Source: an uncultured Chloroflexia bacterium
GTDB lineage: Bacteria; Chloroflexota; Limnocylindria; Limnocylindrales; CSP1-4
Direction of reading: 5' to 3'
Length of the DNA stretch: 64,000 nucleotides
Assembly: GCA_963712745.1 (NCBI GenBank)
Contig: CAVQJC010000017.1
Coordinates: 128,001 to 192,000 of the forward strand
Shown here piece by piece: positions 9,504 to 20,075 of the stretch (position 1 is its first letter; the number at the start of each line of letters is the position of its first letter). A program made the translations under genes and the position numbers. Under the pieces are notes generated by a model. It did not search any database and was not told where the DNA came from. It saw only the letters and a list, made by a program, of their open reading frames with translations.

Positions 9504-10810
9504 ACGACGAACCGACCACGACCGCCCTGCCCGATCACTCGGTCGTACCGGGCGTCTGGGCGCGCTTCACCGACATCGATGCCGACCACGGGCAGGGCTC
9601 ATGGCTCATCGCTCGCGATGGCACGCGCTACCTGGACTACACCAGCGGCATCGGTGTGACCAACACCGGCCATGCCCACCCGCGAGTCGTCGAGGCCATC
9701 CGCGAGCAGGCCGGCCAGCTCCTCCATGCCCAGCAGAACATCGTCTACCACGAGCCCGGGCTGCGGCTCCACGATCGTCTCGCCCGGATGCTGCCCGGGG
9801 GCCCGTGGCAGGCCTTCCTGGCCAACTCGGGTGCCGAGGCAGTGGAGGCGGCCGTGAAGCTGGCTCGAGTCAGTACCGGCCGCACGGCCGTCATCGCCTT
9901 CAGGTACGGCTTCCACGGCCGCACTGCCCAGGCCATGGCCTTGACGTCGGCCAAGCACAGCATCCGCTCGGCCAACGAGCCGGTCGCAGGCTCGGTCTAC
10001 TTCGCCGACTTCCCGTACTGCTATCGGTCGCCCGGCGGTGCCCACGATCGGGCCGAGTGCACCTGTGACTGGGAGGCGGGCCTGGAGCTGCTGTTCCACC
10101 AGCTGGTCGACCCTGACAGGGTGGCCGGAGTATTCGTGGAGCCGGTCATCGGAGAGGGTGGCTACATCGTGCCCCCACCGACGTTCCTGCCTCGCCTGCG
10201 CGAGATCACCCGGGAGCACGGCATGCTGCTCGTGGTCGACGAGGTGCAGACGGGCTTCGGGCGCACGGGCGAGATGTTCGCGCTCCAGCACACGCCCGTG
10301 GAGCCGGACATCATGATCGTGGCCAAGGGCATCGCCAGCGGCCTGCCGCTCTCAGGCATCGTGGCTCGCAGGGAGCTCATGGAGCGCTGGCCCCCGGGCA
10401 CGCACGGCGGCACATACGGCGGCAACGTCGTTTCCTGCGCGGCCGCGCTCGCGACCATCGAGGTCATCGAGCGGGAAGGCCTGGTGGCCAACGCCCGGGC
10501 CCGTGGTGCCCAGCTGCTCGAGGGCATCCGCGTGCTGCAGGGTCGCCACCCTGTCATCGGCGATGCCCGCGGGCTGGGCCTGATGGTGGCCCTGGAGATG
10601 GTGGTCCCCGGCGAGGGCGACGGACGCGTTCCGAACCCCGCCGCGCTGAAGGCCGTCCTCGCGGCTGCGCTCGAGCGCCGGCTGATGCTCTTGTCAGCCG
10701 GTCCCTACGGCAACGTCGTGCGGGTCATCCCGCCGCTGGTCACGACCGCCGACGAGGTCGATCTGGCACTGGGCGTCCTCGACGAAGCGCTCGCTGCGGC
10801 TGGGACCTGA
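9500..10810 (+). CDS. class-III PLP aminotransferase (4-aminobutyrate aminotransferase-like)
   Basis: NSGAEAVEAAVK, FHGRT, EPVIGEGG, DEVQTGFGRTG, AKGIASG, HGGTYGGN. Confidence 0.93.
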   Translation: MNDEPTTTALPDHSVVPGVWARFTDIDADHGQGSWLIARDGTRYLDYTSGIGVTNTGHAHPRVVEAIREQAGQLLHAQQNIVYHEPGLRLHDRLARMLPGGPWQAFLANSGAEAVEAAVKLARVSTGRTAVIAFRYGFHGRTAQAMALTSAKHSIRSANEPVAGSVYFADFPYCYRSPGGAHDRAECTCDWEAGLELLFHQLVDPDRVAGVFVEPVIGEGGYIVPPPTFLPRLREITREHGMLLVVDEVQTGFGRTGEMFALQHTPVEPDIMIVAKGIASGLPLSGIVARRELMERWPPGTHGGTYGGNVVSCAAALATIEVIEREGLVANARARGAQLLEGIRVLQGRHPVIGDARGLGLMVALEMVVPGEGDGRVPNPAALKAVLAAALERRLMLLSAGPYGNVVRVIPPLVTTADEVDLALGVLDEALAAAGT

Positions 10811-10817
10811 ACGTTGC

Positions 10818-11736
10818 TCAGTCGGGCTTGCCGTCCTCGTTCCGGTCGTTGGTCAGCGTCAGCGGCCCCAGACCACGCATGATCTCGCCGGCTGCGAAGC
10901 CCTCCCGGTAGGCCGGCATCGGCGGCGGCGGCGCGTCGCGGAGCTGCTGCCACATCCGGATCATCCCGTACGTCCCGTGCTGCCGGACCGCCTCGACGTG
11001 GTCCAGGTCGAGCACCTGGTTGAGGTACTCCTCTCCGCTGCCGCCGCTGGTCAGTACGTGGCCCTCGGGGTCGACCACGGTCGACCTGCCCGTGCCCATC
11101 AGCCCGCCGTAATTGGGGCTGACCACGTAGACCTGGTTGGCGATGGCATTGGCGCGTGTGAGCACGAGCTCCAGCTCGCGGTCGTTGGTGCGCGTATAGG
11201 TCGGCTGCAGGATGACCTCGGCACCCATCCAGGCGAGGTTGCGGGTCGATCTCCGGGACCCACGCGTCGAAGCAGATGATGACCCCGAAGCGACCGACGC
11301 CAGGGATATCGAAGACGGTCAACGAGTCGCCCGGCTTCGTCGTCTCGTAGGGCATCCAGGGCATGATCTTGCGGTAGGTCGCTACCAGCTCGCCCGCAGG
11401 GTCGAACACCAGCGCGGTGTTGTAGATGTCGCCACCGGCCCTCTCGTAGATCGAGCCCGGCACGATCCACTTGCCCACCGACCGGGCCAACTCGGAGATG
11501 CGCTGGGTGAGCGTCCCACCCACGGGCTCCGCCACCGACTCCACGTAGCCGTTGGGGTAGCCGTCACTCCAGCTGCCGAGAGCGGTGAGGTAGACCTCCG
11601 GGAAGACGTAGAGATCTAGGTTGGGAAAGACGGCCGCGAGCGTGCGCACGTGGTTCTCGAAGGACCGGAACGTCGCTTCCTGGTCGTAGGGAACGGGGGC
11701 GACCTGGGCCGCCACGATGCCGATGTGTCGGCTCAT
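10818..11736 (-). CDS. carbon-nitrogen hydrolase (nitrilase/amidase family), frameshift near 11247
   Basis: VFPE, YNTA, YRK, ICFD catalytic motifs; continues as TRNLAWMGAEVILQP in another frame (ORF 10818-11228). Confidence 0.88.
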
Positions 11737-12749
11737 GCGTGGACCTCCTGCTCATAGCGCTCTGCGGTCTGGTCGGCGAAGTGGCAGGCGGCTGCTCGGC
11801 CGCCGGGGGTCTCATCGGTCAGGGGGATCTCGGCCTCGCACGCCTGGGGCTGGCCCAGCCGCTCGCGCAGCCAGCACCGTGGATGGAAGGCGCAGCCCGG
11901 GGGCGGGGCGGTGGCGCTGGGGATCTCGCCGGAGAGGAGCAGCCGCGGAGGACCGTCAGCGTCGACGTCGGGGCGAGCCAGGATGAGCGCACGCGTGTAG
12001 GGGTGTCGGGCAGCCTCGAAGATCTGCTGCGCCGGTCCCTGCTCGACGATTCGCCCCAGGTACATCACGGCCACGCGTTCACAGAGGTAGCGGATCACAC
12101 CCAGGTCGTGGGAGATGAGCAGGTAGGCGAGATCGTGCTGCTCGCGCAGGCGCACCAACAGCTCCAGCACCTGCGCCTGCACCGACACGTCCAGGGCCGA
12201 AGTCGGTTCATCGAGGATGAGCAGGCGTGGCTCCAGGGAGATGGCGCGCGCGATGGCCACGCGCTGGCACTGTCCGCCCGAGAGCTCGTGTGGGCGCCGG
12301 TCGCGCAGGCCAAGCAGGAGACCGACCTCGTCGATGAGGCGTTCGACGGTGGTACGAAGCTCCCCGCGAGAAAGGCGGCGGTGCGCCCGCAGCGGCTCGG
12401 CGATGAGGTCGAACACGCTCATGCGCGGGTCCAGGGAGCCCACCGGGTCCTGGAAGACCACCTGCATCTGTGGCCGCATCTGGCGCAGGCTGCCACCGCG
12501 CAGGTGAGTGATATCTCGCCCGTCCAGCCGGATCGTCCCGGCGGTCGGCTCCAGCAGGCGCAGGATGCATCGTGCCAGCGTGGTCTTGCCCGAGCCGGAC
12601 TCTCCGACCAGGCCGACCGCCTCACCCGGCGCGATCTGCAGGTCCACGTCGGTCACGGCCTTGACCAGGCCCGCGCCTCGGTGGCCCTTGACCTCGAACT
12701 CCTTGACCAGCCCGTGCACCTGCACCAGCGGCGTCGTGGTGTCGCTCAT
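11733..12749 (-). CDS. peptide/Opp-type ABC transporter ATP-binding subunit (OppF-like)
   Basis: [36 protein letters not shown]. Confidence 0.95.
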   Translation of the reverse strand: MSDTTTPLVQVHGLVKEFEVKGHRGAGLVKAVTDVDLQIAPGEAVGLVGESGSGKTTLARCILRLLEPTAGTIRLDGRDITHLRGGSLRQMRPQMQVVFQDPVGSLDPRMSVFDLIAEPLRAHRRLSRGELRTTVERLIDEVGLLLGLRDRRPHELSGGQCQRVAIARAISLEPRLLILDEPTSALDVSVQAQVLELLVRLREQHDLAYLLISHDLGVIRYLCERVAVMYLGRIVEQGPAQQIFEAARHPYTRALILARPDVDADGPPRLLLSGEIPSATAPPPGCAFHPRCWLRERLGQPQACEAEIPLTDETPGGRAAACHFADQTAERYEQEVHA

Positions 12750-13774
12750 GCGTCCACTCCGGCCTCGCCGGAGGCGACGTGGCAGGCGACCTGCTGTCCC
12801 GACGTCAGCACCTGCAGCTCCGGTCGCTCGGTAGCACAGCGTTCGATGGCCAGCTCGCAGCGGTCGCGGAAGGCGCAGCCCACGATCGCTCCCGGGTCGG
12901 GCGGGACCGAGCCGGGGATGGTGGCCAGCGTGCCCGCCGCTCGGTGGGTGCGTGGGACGGCGGCGATGAGGCCGCGGGTGTACGGATGCTGAGGGGCCCT
13001 GAACAGGGCTGCGGTCTCGGCCGTCTCGACCACCCGCCCGGCGTAGAGCACGGCTACCCGGCTGCAGACGCGGCGGACCACGCCGAGGTCATGGGTGATG
13101 AACAGGACGCTGAAGCCCATCTCCTGTTGGAGACCCAGGATGAGCTCCAGGATCTGGGCCGCGATGGTCACGTCCAGGGCCGTGGTGGGCTCATCGGCGA
13201 TGAGCAGCTCCGGTCGCGAGAGGAGGGCCATGGCCAACATCGCCCGCTGTAGCATGCCGCCCGAGAGCTGGTGCGGGTACGCTCCCGTCACGCGGCTCGG
13301 ATCGGGTAGTGCGCACGAGTACAAGACCTCGTGGATGCGCTCATTCGCGGCCTCTCCCTTGAGACCCTCGTGCGTGGCCAGCACGCTGCGCATCTGCGAC
13401 CCGATGGTGAACACCGGGTTGAAGCTGCTCGATGGGTTCTGGAAGACCATCGCCACGCGCGTGCCGCGGATGCGCTGGAAGTCACGCTCCGAGTAGGTCA
13501 AGAGGTCGTCGCCGAGCAATCGCATCTCGTCCGCCTCGACGCGGGCGCTGTCCGGCAGCAGACCCAGTAGAGAGAGGCCCGTCACCGTCTTGCCACAGCC
13601 GGTCTCTCCGACGATGCCCAGCACCTCACCCCGCTGGAGCTCGAGGTCCATGCCCGCGACTGCCGTGGTCTGGCGACCGGGCGTCTTGAAGGCGATGCGG
13701 AGTCCGCGCATCTGCAGGACCGGCTCCTCCCTGGCGCCCGCCTCCGGCAGTCGGTCTGGCTGTTGCCCGGTCAT
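12746..13774 (-). CDS. peptide/Opp-type ABC transporter ATP-binding subunit (OppD-like)
   Basis: [30 protein letters not shown]. Confidence 0.95.
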   Translation of the reverse strand: MTGQQPDRLPEAGAREEPVLQMRGLRIAFKTPGRQTTAVAGMDLELQRGEVLGIVGETGCGKTVTGLSLLGLLPDSARVEADEMRLLGDDLLTYSERDFQRIRGTRVAMVFQNPSSSFNPVFTIGSQMRSVLATHEGLKGEAANERIHEVLYSCALPDPSRVTGAYPHQLSGGMLQRAMLAMALLSRPELLIADEPTTALDVTIAAQILELILGLQQEMGFSVLFITHDLGVVRRVCSRVAVLYAGRVVETAETAALFRAPQHPYTRGLIAAVPRTHRAAGTLATIPGSVPPDPGAIVGCAFRDRCELAIERCATERPELQVLTSGQQVACHVASGEAGVDA

Positions 13775-14663
13775 GGATCCTGCCTTGGGTCGAGCAGGCG
13801 CAGGAGCAGGTCACCCACGAGATTGAAAGCCAGCACCGCGACGAAGATGGCCAGCCCTGGGAAGGTGGCGATCCACCACTGCTCGAGGATGTACTGCATG
13901 CCCTCGAACACCATCAGGCCCCAATCGGGTGCGGGCGGCCGAGCGCCCAGCCCCAGGAAGGCCAGGATCCAGCGGCCAGGATGACCGTGCCGATGTCGAT
14001 CGTTGCCTGTACCACGATGGGTCCGGCCGAGTTGGGGATGACGTGACGGAGCACGATGGCACGGTCACGGATGCCCATCGAGCGGGCGGCGTCGATGAAT
14101 GGCCACTCCCGCAGCGAGACCGCCAGCCCACGAGCGATGCGGGCGTACCACGGCCACCACGAGATGACCAGGGCGAACGTCGCGTGCTGCAGGCCTGGTC
14201 CCAGGGCAGCCACGATGGCCATCGCCAGCAGCAGCGGCGGGAAAGCCAGGAACAGGTCGGTGATGCGCATGATCAGGCCATCCACTCGACCGCCCCAGTA
14301 GCCTGCGAAGGCCCCCAGCGGGACTCCCAGCAGCACCGCCAGCGCTACTACGGTGAGGGAGACCTGGAGGGCGATGCGGGCGCCGAGGATGACGCGACTG
14401 AAGACATCACGGCCAAGCCAGTCCGTTCCAAAGAGGTGCGCCTGGCTCGGTGCCTGCAGACGCGCTTCGACGTTGATGGTGCCCGAACCCGGCCCTGGAT
14501 CGGGTGCCAGCCACGGCCCGAAGATGGCCGCGATCACGAGCAGGGTGATCACGATCAGCCCGAACATGGCCAAGGGATCATGGAGGATGGCCCGCCCCGC
14601 ACGTCGCCAGAAGCCCGGCCGCTCTGCCACCACCGTGGGCAGCTGCGTGTACGTCGCGGCCAT
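13771..14663 (-). CDS. ABC permease (OppC-like), frameshift near 13965
   Basis: HLFGTDWLGRDVFSRVILGAR, RHVIPN; continues LAFLGLG..PDWG..FPGLAI..NLVGD..LDPR in a shifted frame to TGA overlapping the oppD ATG. Confidence 0.9.
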
Positions 14664-15679
14664 CAGGTCAGCCGGATGCGTGGGTCGACCCAGGCCTGGG
14701 CCAGGTCGACGGCGAGATTGATGAACACGTATGCCGCTGCGCCGAGCAGGGCGATGCCCATGATGGCCGGGTAGTCGGTAGCGAGGATGGCTTTGACCGA
14801 GAACGTGCCCAGGCCCGGCCAGTTGAAGATGTACTCGACGAAGAAGGTGCCTGTGATCAGGTAGGCCAGGGTCAGGCCGATGATGGTCAACACGGGTCCG
14901 AGTGCGTTGCGCAGCGCCAGCCGGCTCACGATGTAGCGCTCCCGCAGGCCGAAGGCCCGGGCCGTGCGGATGTAGTCACGACCCAGCGACTCCAGCATCG
15001 CTGAGCGCGTCATGCGCGAGATGAGCCCGATGGGATACGCCGCCAGCGTCAGAGCAGGCAGGATGATGTGCCAGGTCACGTCGACGAGTGCGACCCAGTT
15101 GCCGGTGATCAGCGAGTCCAGGAAGAAGACGCCGGTGACCTCCGCGATGGGGCTGGTGAAGCGCAGGTCGGAGTCCACGCGGCCAGCCAGCGGTAGCAGG
15201 TCGAGCGATCGGAAGAACAGCATCTGCAGCAGGAGGCCCAGGAAGAAGGCCGGCACCGAGACGCCGATGATCGAGACGAAGCGAACCCCCACATCGACGG
15301 GGCGACCCTGCCAGCGCGCGGAGAGCATGCCCAGAGCCAGTCCCAGCGGCAGCGCGATGAGCATGGCCGCGAGGATCAGTTCCAGCGATGCCGGAAGGCG
15401 CAGCAGGATCTCGTCGAGGACCGGACGCTTGGTGGCGATGGACGTGCCCCAATCGCCTTGCAGCAGGTCGCGCAGGTAGACCAGGTACTGGGTGACGACG
15501 TCCTTGTCGAGCCCCAGCTGGATACGCACGGCCTCGATCGATTCCGGGCGGGCGCGGGGCCCGATGTACATGGCTGCGACATCGGCCGGGATGAAGCGCG
15601 CCAGGGCGAAGGTGATGACCGAGACACCTGCGAGCACGAAGACGGAGGACCCGAGGCGACGCAGCAGGAAACGGATCAC
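14663..15679 (-). CDS. ABC permease (OppB-like)
   Basis: GDWGTS, DYIRTARAFGL, EYIFNWPGLG, DPRIRL. Confidence 0.95.
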   Translation of the reverse strand: MIRFLLRRLGSSVFVLAGVSVITFALARFIPADVAAMYIGPRARPESIEAVRIQLGLDKDVVTQYLVYLRDLLQGDWGTSIATKRPVLDEILLRLPASLELILAAMLIALPLGLALGMLSARWQGRPVDVGVRFVSIIGVSVPAFFLGLLLQMLFFRSLDLLPLAGRVDSDLRFTSPIAEVTGVFFLDSLITGNWVALVDVTWHIILPALTLAAYPIGLISRMTRSAMLESLGRDYIRTARAFGLRERYIVSRLALRNALGPVLTIIGLTLAYLITGTFFVEYIFNWPGLGTFSVKAILATDYPAIMGIALLGAAAYVFINLAVDLAQAWVDPRIRLT

Positions 15680-15715
15680 GGTCGGTGCGTCCCTGAGAAG
15701 TGATGCACAGAGATA

Positions 15716-15749
15716 GGCGCGTGAGTGCCTCCTTCAGCACTCACGCGCC
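15716..15749 (-). terminator. stem-loop after the substrate-binding gene (mRNA stabiliser/partial terminator)
   Basis: GGCGCGTGAGTGC-N8-GCACTCACGCGCC, perfect 13-bp stem. Confidence 0.65.
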
Positions 15750-15764
15750 CGATCGCGCTGGGGC

Positions 15765-17381
15765 CTACTCGGCCGGATGCATGGGGTAGAAGAACTGCGA
15801 GAAGGGATAGTTCAGGTTGTACTCGTAGCCGGCGATGTAGTTGGGGACCGGGACCGTCGACATCCTGTCGAAGAAGAAGATGCCCGGCGACTCCTCGACC
15901 AGCAGGTTCATCGCCTCGGTGTACTTGGCCTGGGCTGCATCGCGGTCAGTGCCGGTCAGCCCGATGGCCTCGTTGATGAGCGTGTCGAACTCGTCATTGA
16001 CCCAGTAGCTGAGGTTGAAGTAGGGAGCCTCGCTGGACTTGAACAGCGAGGCCAGGTTGTCCGAACCGGCGTCGGAATAGGTCGGCCAGTAGAGCACCAC
16101 GAACATGTCCTGGCGGCCCTCCGGCTCACCCTTGGCACGGTCCCATTGCTGGCCCCACGGCATGGGGGTCAGTTCGACGTTGCCACCGATCTCGCTGTAG
16201 GCCGCCTGCAGAAGAGGTGCGAAAGCCTGCTCGTGCGTGTTCTCGGCCGTGTAGGCGATCTCCATGTCGAAGCTGTCGACGCCGGCCTCGGCCATCAGCT
16301 CCTTGGCCTTCTCGATGTTGGTCTCGTACATTGCCACGCTCTCGTCGTAGGGGAACACGCCGATGGGCACGGCCGCCCGAGACTGGTTGCCGTTACCCTG
16401 GACGGCGACCTCGATGATGTCGTCGTACGGGGTCGCATAGGCGATGGCCTGACGCACCCGCGGGTCGTCGAATGGCGGACGCTGCGTGTTCAGCAGCCCG
16501 ACATAGTTGAGCAGTGACGCATCACGCATGACCGTGAAGTCCGGGTTGGAGTCGTACTCGTTCATGGACTCTTCGGGCACGCGCAGGGCCAGGTCGACCT
16601 GGCCGCCATCGAGCGCCTGCTGTTGCACTGCGGCATCGCCGATGATGCTCAGCACGACCTTCTCGAAGTGGTCGACATCCTCCCAGCCGCCTCGATAGTC
16701 GGGGAACTGCGTGAGTACGACCTCTGCGTCAGGCGTGTACGCCTCGAGCATGTAGGGCCCAGTGCCATAGCTGGCGCCGGCGCTCTCGAAGAACTCCGGG
16801 TCCGCCGCGGCGGCTTCGAGTGCCTTGGGGCTGACCATCCAGGCCGCGTATGTCGAGGCCGCGACCAGGTCCAGGGCGGCCGGCGCAGTCAGGTTGACAA
16901 CGAGCGTTTGCTCATCGGGCGTCTCGATCGATTCGATGCCTGGCCAGATCCACCAGGCGCCGGCCCGGCCACCCTCGGAGGTCGGCAGGCTGGCTGCCTC
17001 GATAGCGGCCTTGGCAGCCTCGGCGTTGAAGGGCTCGCCATCGTGGAAGGTGACGCCTTCCTGGAGCTGGAAGGTCCAGGTGAGCCCGTCGTCGCTGACC
17101 GACCAGTCCTCGGCCAGCCCGGGAGCGAATGCTTCCTCGGAGCCTGCAGGCGTCGCGTACAACAGCGGTTCGTACATGTTGGCCATGTACAGCGCCTCGG
17201 TGGAGAAGGAGGCGACCGGATCCCACGTGGTGATCGTCGCGGTCGTCGCTACGTTGAGGATGTCCAGGTCTTCGTCCTGGGCGCTGACAGCGCTGGTAGA
17301 GCCGACGACAGCCAGGCTCAACGCGGCTGTCACGGCCAGCGCGCCAGTGACGCGACGGTGTTGGGGAGTGGTTCCTAGCAT
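15765..17381 (-). CDS. ABC substrate-binding protein, family 5 (OppA/DppA-like)
   Basis: Signal peptide, LAEDWSVSDDGLTWTFQL..FHDG, GTGPY, PFDDPRVRQAI; GGAGGA RBS. Confidence 0.93.
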   Translation of the reverse strand: MLGTTPQHRRVTGALAVTAALSLAVVGSTSAVSAQDEDLDILNVATTATITTWDPVASFSTEALYMANMYEPLLYATPAGSEEAFAPGLAEDWSVSDDGLTWTFQLQEGVTFHDGEPFNAEAAKAAIEAASLPTSEGGRAGAWWIWPGIESIETPDEQTLVVNLTAPAALDLVAASTYAAWMVSPKALEAAAADPEFFESAGASYGTGPYMLEAYTPDAEVVLTQFPDYRGGWEDVDHFEKVVLSIIGDAAVQQQALDGGQVDLALRVPEESMNEYDSNPDFTVMRDASLLNYVGLLNTQRPPFDDPRVRQAIAYATPYDDIIEVAVQGNGNQSRAAVPIGVFPYDESVAMYETNIEKAKELMAEAGVDSFDMEIAYTAENTHEQAFAPLLQAAYSEIGGNVELTPMPWGQQWDRAKGEPEGRQDMFVVLYWPTYSDAGSDNLASLFKSSEAPYFNLSYWVNDEFDTLINEAIGLTGTDRDAAQAKYTEAMNLLVEESPGIFFFDRMSTVPVPNYIAGYEYNLNYPFSQFFYPMHPAE

Positions 17382-17494
17382 GGGTCCTCCTCGAGTGGAC
17401 ATGGGTGGGTCCCGACCGGCGGGTATCCCTCCGCTCCGATCGGCACAGTGTTGCGGGCCTTCACCATTCCGTCTAATACTTGGAACGGTCAGTA

Positions 17495-17515
17495 ATCATA
17501 CCTAGGAGGCATGAT
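17495..17515. promoter_or_regulatory. LysR-type dyad operator
   Basis: ATCATACC-TAGGA-GGCATGAT dyad at the lysR start, between divergent genes. Confidence 0.4.
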
Positions 17516-18416
17516 GGAGCTACGGCACCTGCGGTACTTCGTGGCGGTCGCCGACGCCGGCTCCATCACGCGCGCCGCCACGGTGGTACGGGTCGCCCAG
17601 CCCTCGCTGTCGAGGCAACTCCGCCAGCTGGAGCAGGAGGTGGGTGAACCGCTCTTCGATCGCAGTGGCCGCCGCGCACGGCTGACCGCGGCCGGCGAGG
17701 TGTTCCTCCCGCTTGCGCGCGACCTGGTCGGCCGCGCCGACCGCGCGGTGGCGCTGATGCATGGCCTCGCCGCCTCGGCCCGAGTGGCACTGCGGATAGC
17801 CGCGCCCGAGACCACGGTGGCCGACGTCATCGCCCCGTTCCTGGCCACCCTGCCGCCCGAGGCCCCCATGATCGACGTTCGCGAGGCGCTGCCGGCGAGC
17901 GTCCACGCCGAGGTCCTGGCCGGCACCGCCGACGTGGGCGTGTCCTCGGTACCCCCGCCGCGCGAGCTGACCAGCCGGCTGCTGGTGCACTTCCCCATCT
18001 GGGCCTACGTGCCGCCCGACCACCGCTGGTCCCGCCGGCGCAGCATCACCATCCGCGAGCTGGCCCGTGAGCGCCTGCTGGTGCTCGGACCCGACCATGG
18101 CTCACGGCGCCAGTTGGAGGCGGCCATGTCCGATGCCGGCGTCTCCTATCAGCTCGCGGCGGAGACCAACGTGCCCGGTGTCGCCCAGGCGCTGGCGGCG
18201 GCCGGCCGGGGCGTGGCGGTCGTCTCCGACGACGCTCGCTACGGACTCCGTGGCGTGCGCATCCGTCCCTCGGGCGGGCCCATCGAGCTGCGGGTGCCAC
18301 TGTTCGGAGCGTGGGAGGCCAGCCACTATGCCTCGGACGTGATCGCCGAGCTGGTAGACGGTTTCGCTGACTACGTGCAGGGCCGCTACGCCGGCAGGGG
18401 TGCAGCTGCGCCCTGA
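17511..18416 (+). CDS. LysR-family transcriptional regulator
   Basis: MELRHLRYFVAVADAGSITRAA..QPSLSRQLRQLE..LFDR..LTAAG. Confidence 0.96.
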   Translation: MMELRHLRYFVAVADAGSITRAATVVRVAQPSLSRQLRQLEQEVGEPLFDRSGRRARLTAAGEVFLPLARDLVGRADRAVALMHGLAASARVALRIAAPETTVADVIAPFLATLPPEAPMIDVREALPASVHAEVLAGTADVGVSSVPPPRELTSRLLVHFPIWAYVPPDHRWSRRRSITIRELARERLLVLGPDHGSRRQLEAAMSDAGVSYQLAAETNVPGVAQALAAAGRGVAVVSDDARYGLRGVRIRPSGGPIELRVPLFGAWEASHYASDVIAELVDGFADYVQGRYAGRGAAAP

Positions 18417-19538
18417 TCAGTCGACCTCGGCAGTGCCCTCGCTGACCAGGCCCTCGATCTCCGCGGCATCCATCTCGCCGGCCTCGAACGCGTCCACGCG
18501 CTCACGTACGCGCATGACCATGGCCACTGCCGGAGCGGAGAGCGTGGCCCCGAGGATGCCGAAGAGCACCGAGCCCACGATGGTCGAGCCGAAGCCGACG
18601 ATCGGGTGCAGGTCCAAGGCGTTGCGCTCGAGTTGCCGCTGGACGATGGGCTGGACCACGTTCTGGGCCACGAGGATGACCACCAGCATGATCAGCGCGG
18701 GCACGATGCCGCCCGAGCCGAAGGCGATGAGCAGGGCGAAGACCGACGAGATCAGCGCCCCCAGGTAGGGCACGTAGGACGTCACGAAGGTGACGAGCGC
18801 GATGGTGAACCCCAGGGGCACGCCCATGATCACCGCGGCCAGCCAGACCATCACCACCACCGGCAGGCTGGAGATGGTGAGTACGTAGAAGTAATCGCGG
18901 AACGAGCGCGTGGCATCCAGCACGATGCCGGCACCAAGGTCAGCCGGGACACCCAGGTGCGAGCCGACCCAGCCGGCGAGCGTGTCCCACTCGGCCAGGA
19001 CGAAGTAGAGGATGAAGAGGGCGATGAAGGTGCTGACCAGGAAGCTGCTGATGCCCGAGAACGCGCTGGGCACATAGGAGAGCAGGCCCGGAAGCGCATC
19101 GTCGAGGAAGCTCGATAGCTGGTCGCGCACGTCGTCGATGGCGGCGATGGTGACGCCCTGGTCGCCGAGCCAGTCGCGGCCGAGGTCGATGGCGGCCTGT
19201 GTCTGGTTCACGATCTCGGGCCCCTGGTCGATGACGCCGATGGCCACGACCCCGACGATCACGATGGCCAGCACGAAGATGCCGACCAGTACCAGCAGTG
19301 AGGCCAGCTGGCGAGGCATCACCCGGGCCAGCAACGAGGCTACGGGCTGGAAGACCATGCCCAGGACCACGGCCACGATGAGCGGGATGATGAAGCTGCT
19401 GAACGTCGAGAAGCCCATGTACAGCAGCACTGTCAGCGCCAGGATGCCCACGATCGACCAGGCGCGGATGCCGGCCGCCCGCAGCTGCCGGTCACGTCGG
19501 GGGTCGAAGAGGATGGAGCCGCGGTGGCGCTGGCTCAT
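18417..19538 (-). CDS. AI-2E family transporter
   Basis: Multi-TM; SYVPYLGA, QNVVQP, LHP..GATLSAP. Confidence 0.88.
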   Translation of the reverse strand: MSQRHRGSILFDPRRDRQLRAAGIRAWSIVGILALTVLLYMGFSTFSSFIIPLIVAVVLGMVFQPVASLLARVMPRQLASLLVLVGIFVLAIVIVGVVAIGVIDQGPEIVNQTQAAIDLGRDWLGDQGVTIAAIDDVRDQLSSFLDDALPGLLSYVPSAFSGISSFLVSTFIALFILYFVLAEWDTLAGWVGSHLGVPADLGAGIVLDATRSFRDYFYVLTISSLPVVVMVWLAAVIMGVPLGFTIALVTFVTSYVPYLGALISSVFALLIAFGSGGIVPALIMLVVILVAQNVVQPIVQRQLERNALDLHPIVGFGSTIVGSVLFGILGATLSAPAVAMVMRVRERVDAFEAGEMDAAEIEGLVSEGTAEVD

Positions 19539-20002
19539 CAGGACTCCTCCGGCTGGGGGGACGCGGCCATCGTGACCGATGAAGGAGCCGCCTGCGCGAC
19601 CGGGATGCGGTAGAGGAACACCCCGAGGATGATCGCGATGGCCACCAGCGCTGCACGCAGTGCCAGTGCGTCCACGACGATGATCGAGATCGCGAAGGTG
19701 GCGGCCACCACCAGGATCGCGCGCGTCTTCACGCCCGGCGGCAGGGACCGCGAGCGCCGCCACTCGGCGACGATCGGACCCAGGGCGGGCTGTCCCAGCA
19801 GCCACGCGTACAGGCGCGCCGAGGCACGGGCATAGCAGGCGGCGGTCACCAGCAGGAACGGAGTGGTGGGCAGGACGGGCAGGAAGATGCCCATGACCCC
19901 GAGCGCGAGGGCGACCGTGCCCACCACTATCAGCACCGCCCGCAGCAGCGGCGAGGTGGCGGCTGGCATCGGAACGGCCGTAGGCGGGTCAGGCTGGGTC
20001 AT
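19538..20002 (-). CDS. YbaN/DUF454 membrane protein
   Basis: LGVMGIFLPVLPTTPFLLVTAACYARAS. Confidence 0.9.
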   Translation of the reverse strand: MTQPDPPTAVPMPAATSPLLRAVLIVVGTVALALGVMGIFLPVLPTTPFLLVTAACYARASARLYAWLLGQPALGPIVAEWRRSRSLPPGVKTRAILVVAATFAISIIVVDALALRAALVAIAIILGVFLYRIPVAQAAPSSVTMAASPQPEES

Positions 20003-20075
20003 CGGTCCAATGATGCCCGCCAACCGCCCTGTGTGCCATCCTGTCCAGCCGGAGCGTGCCGCGTCATCGACCTGG

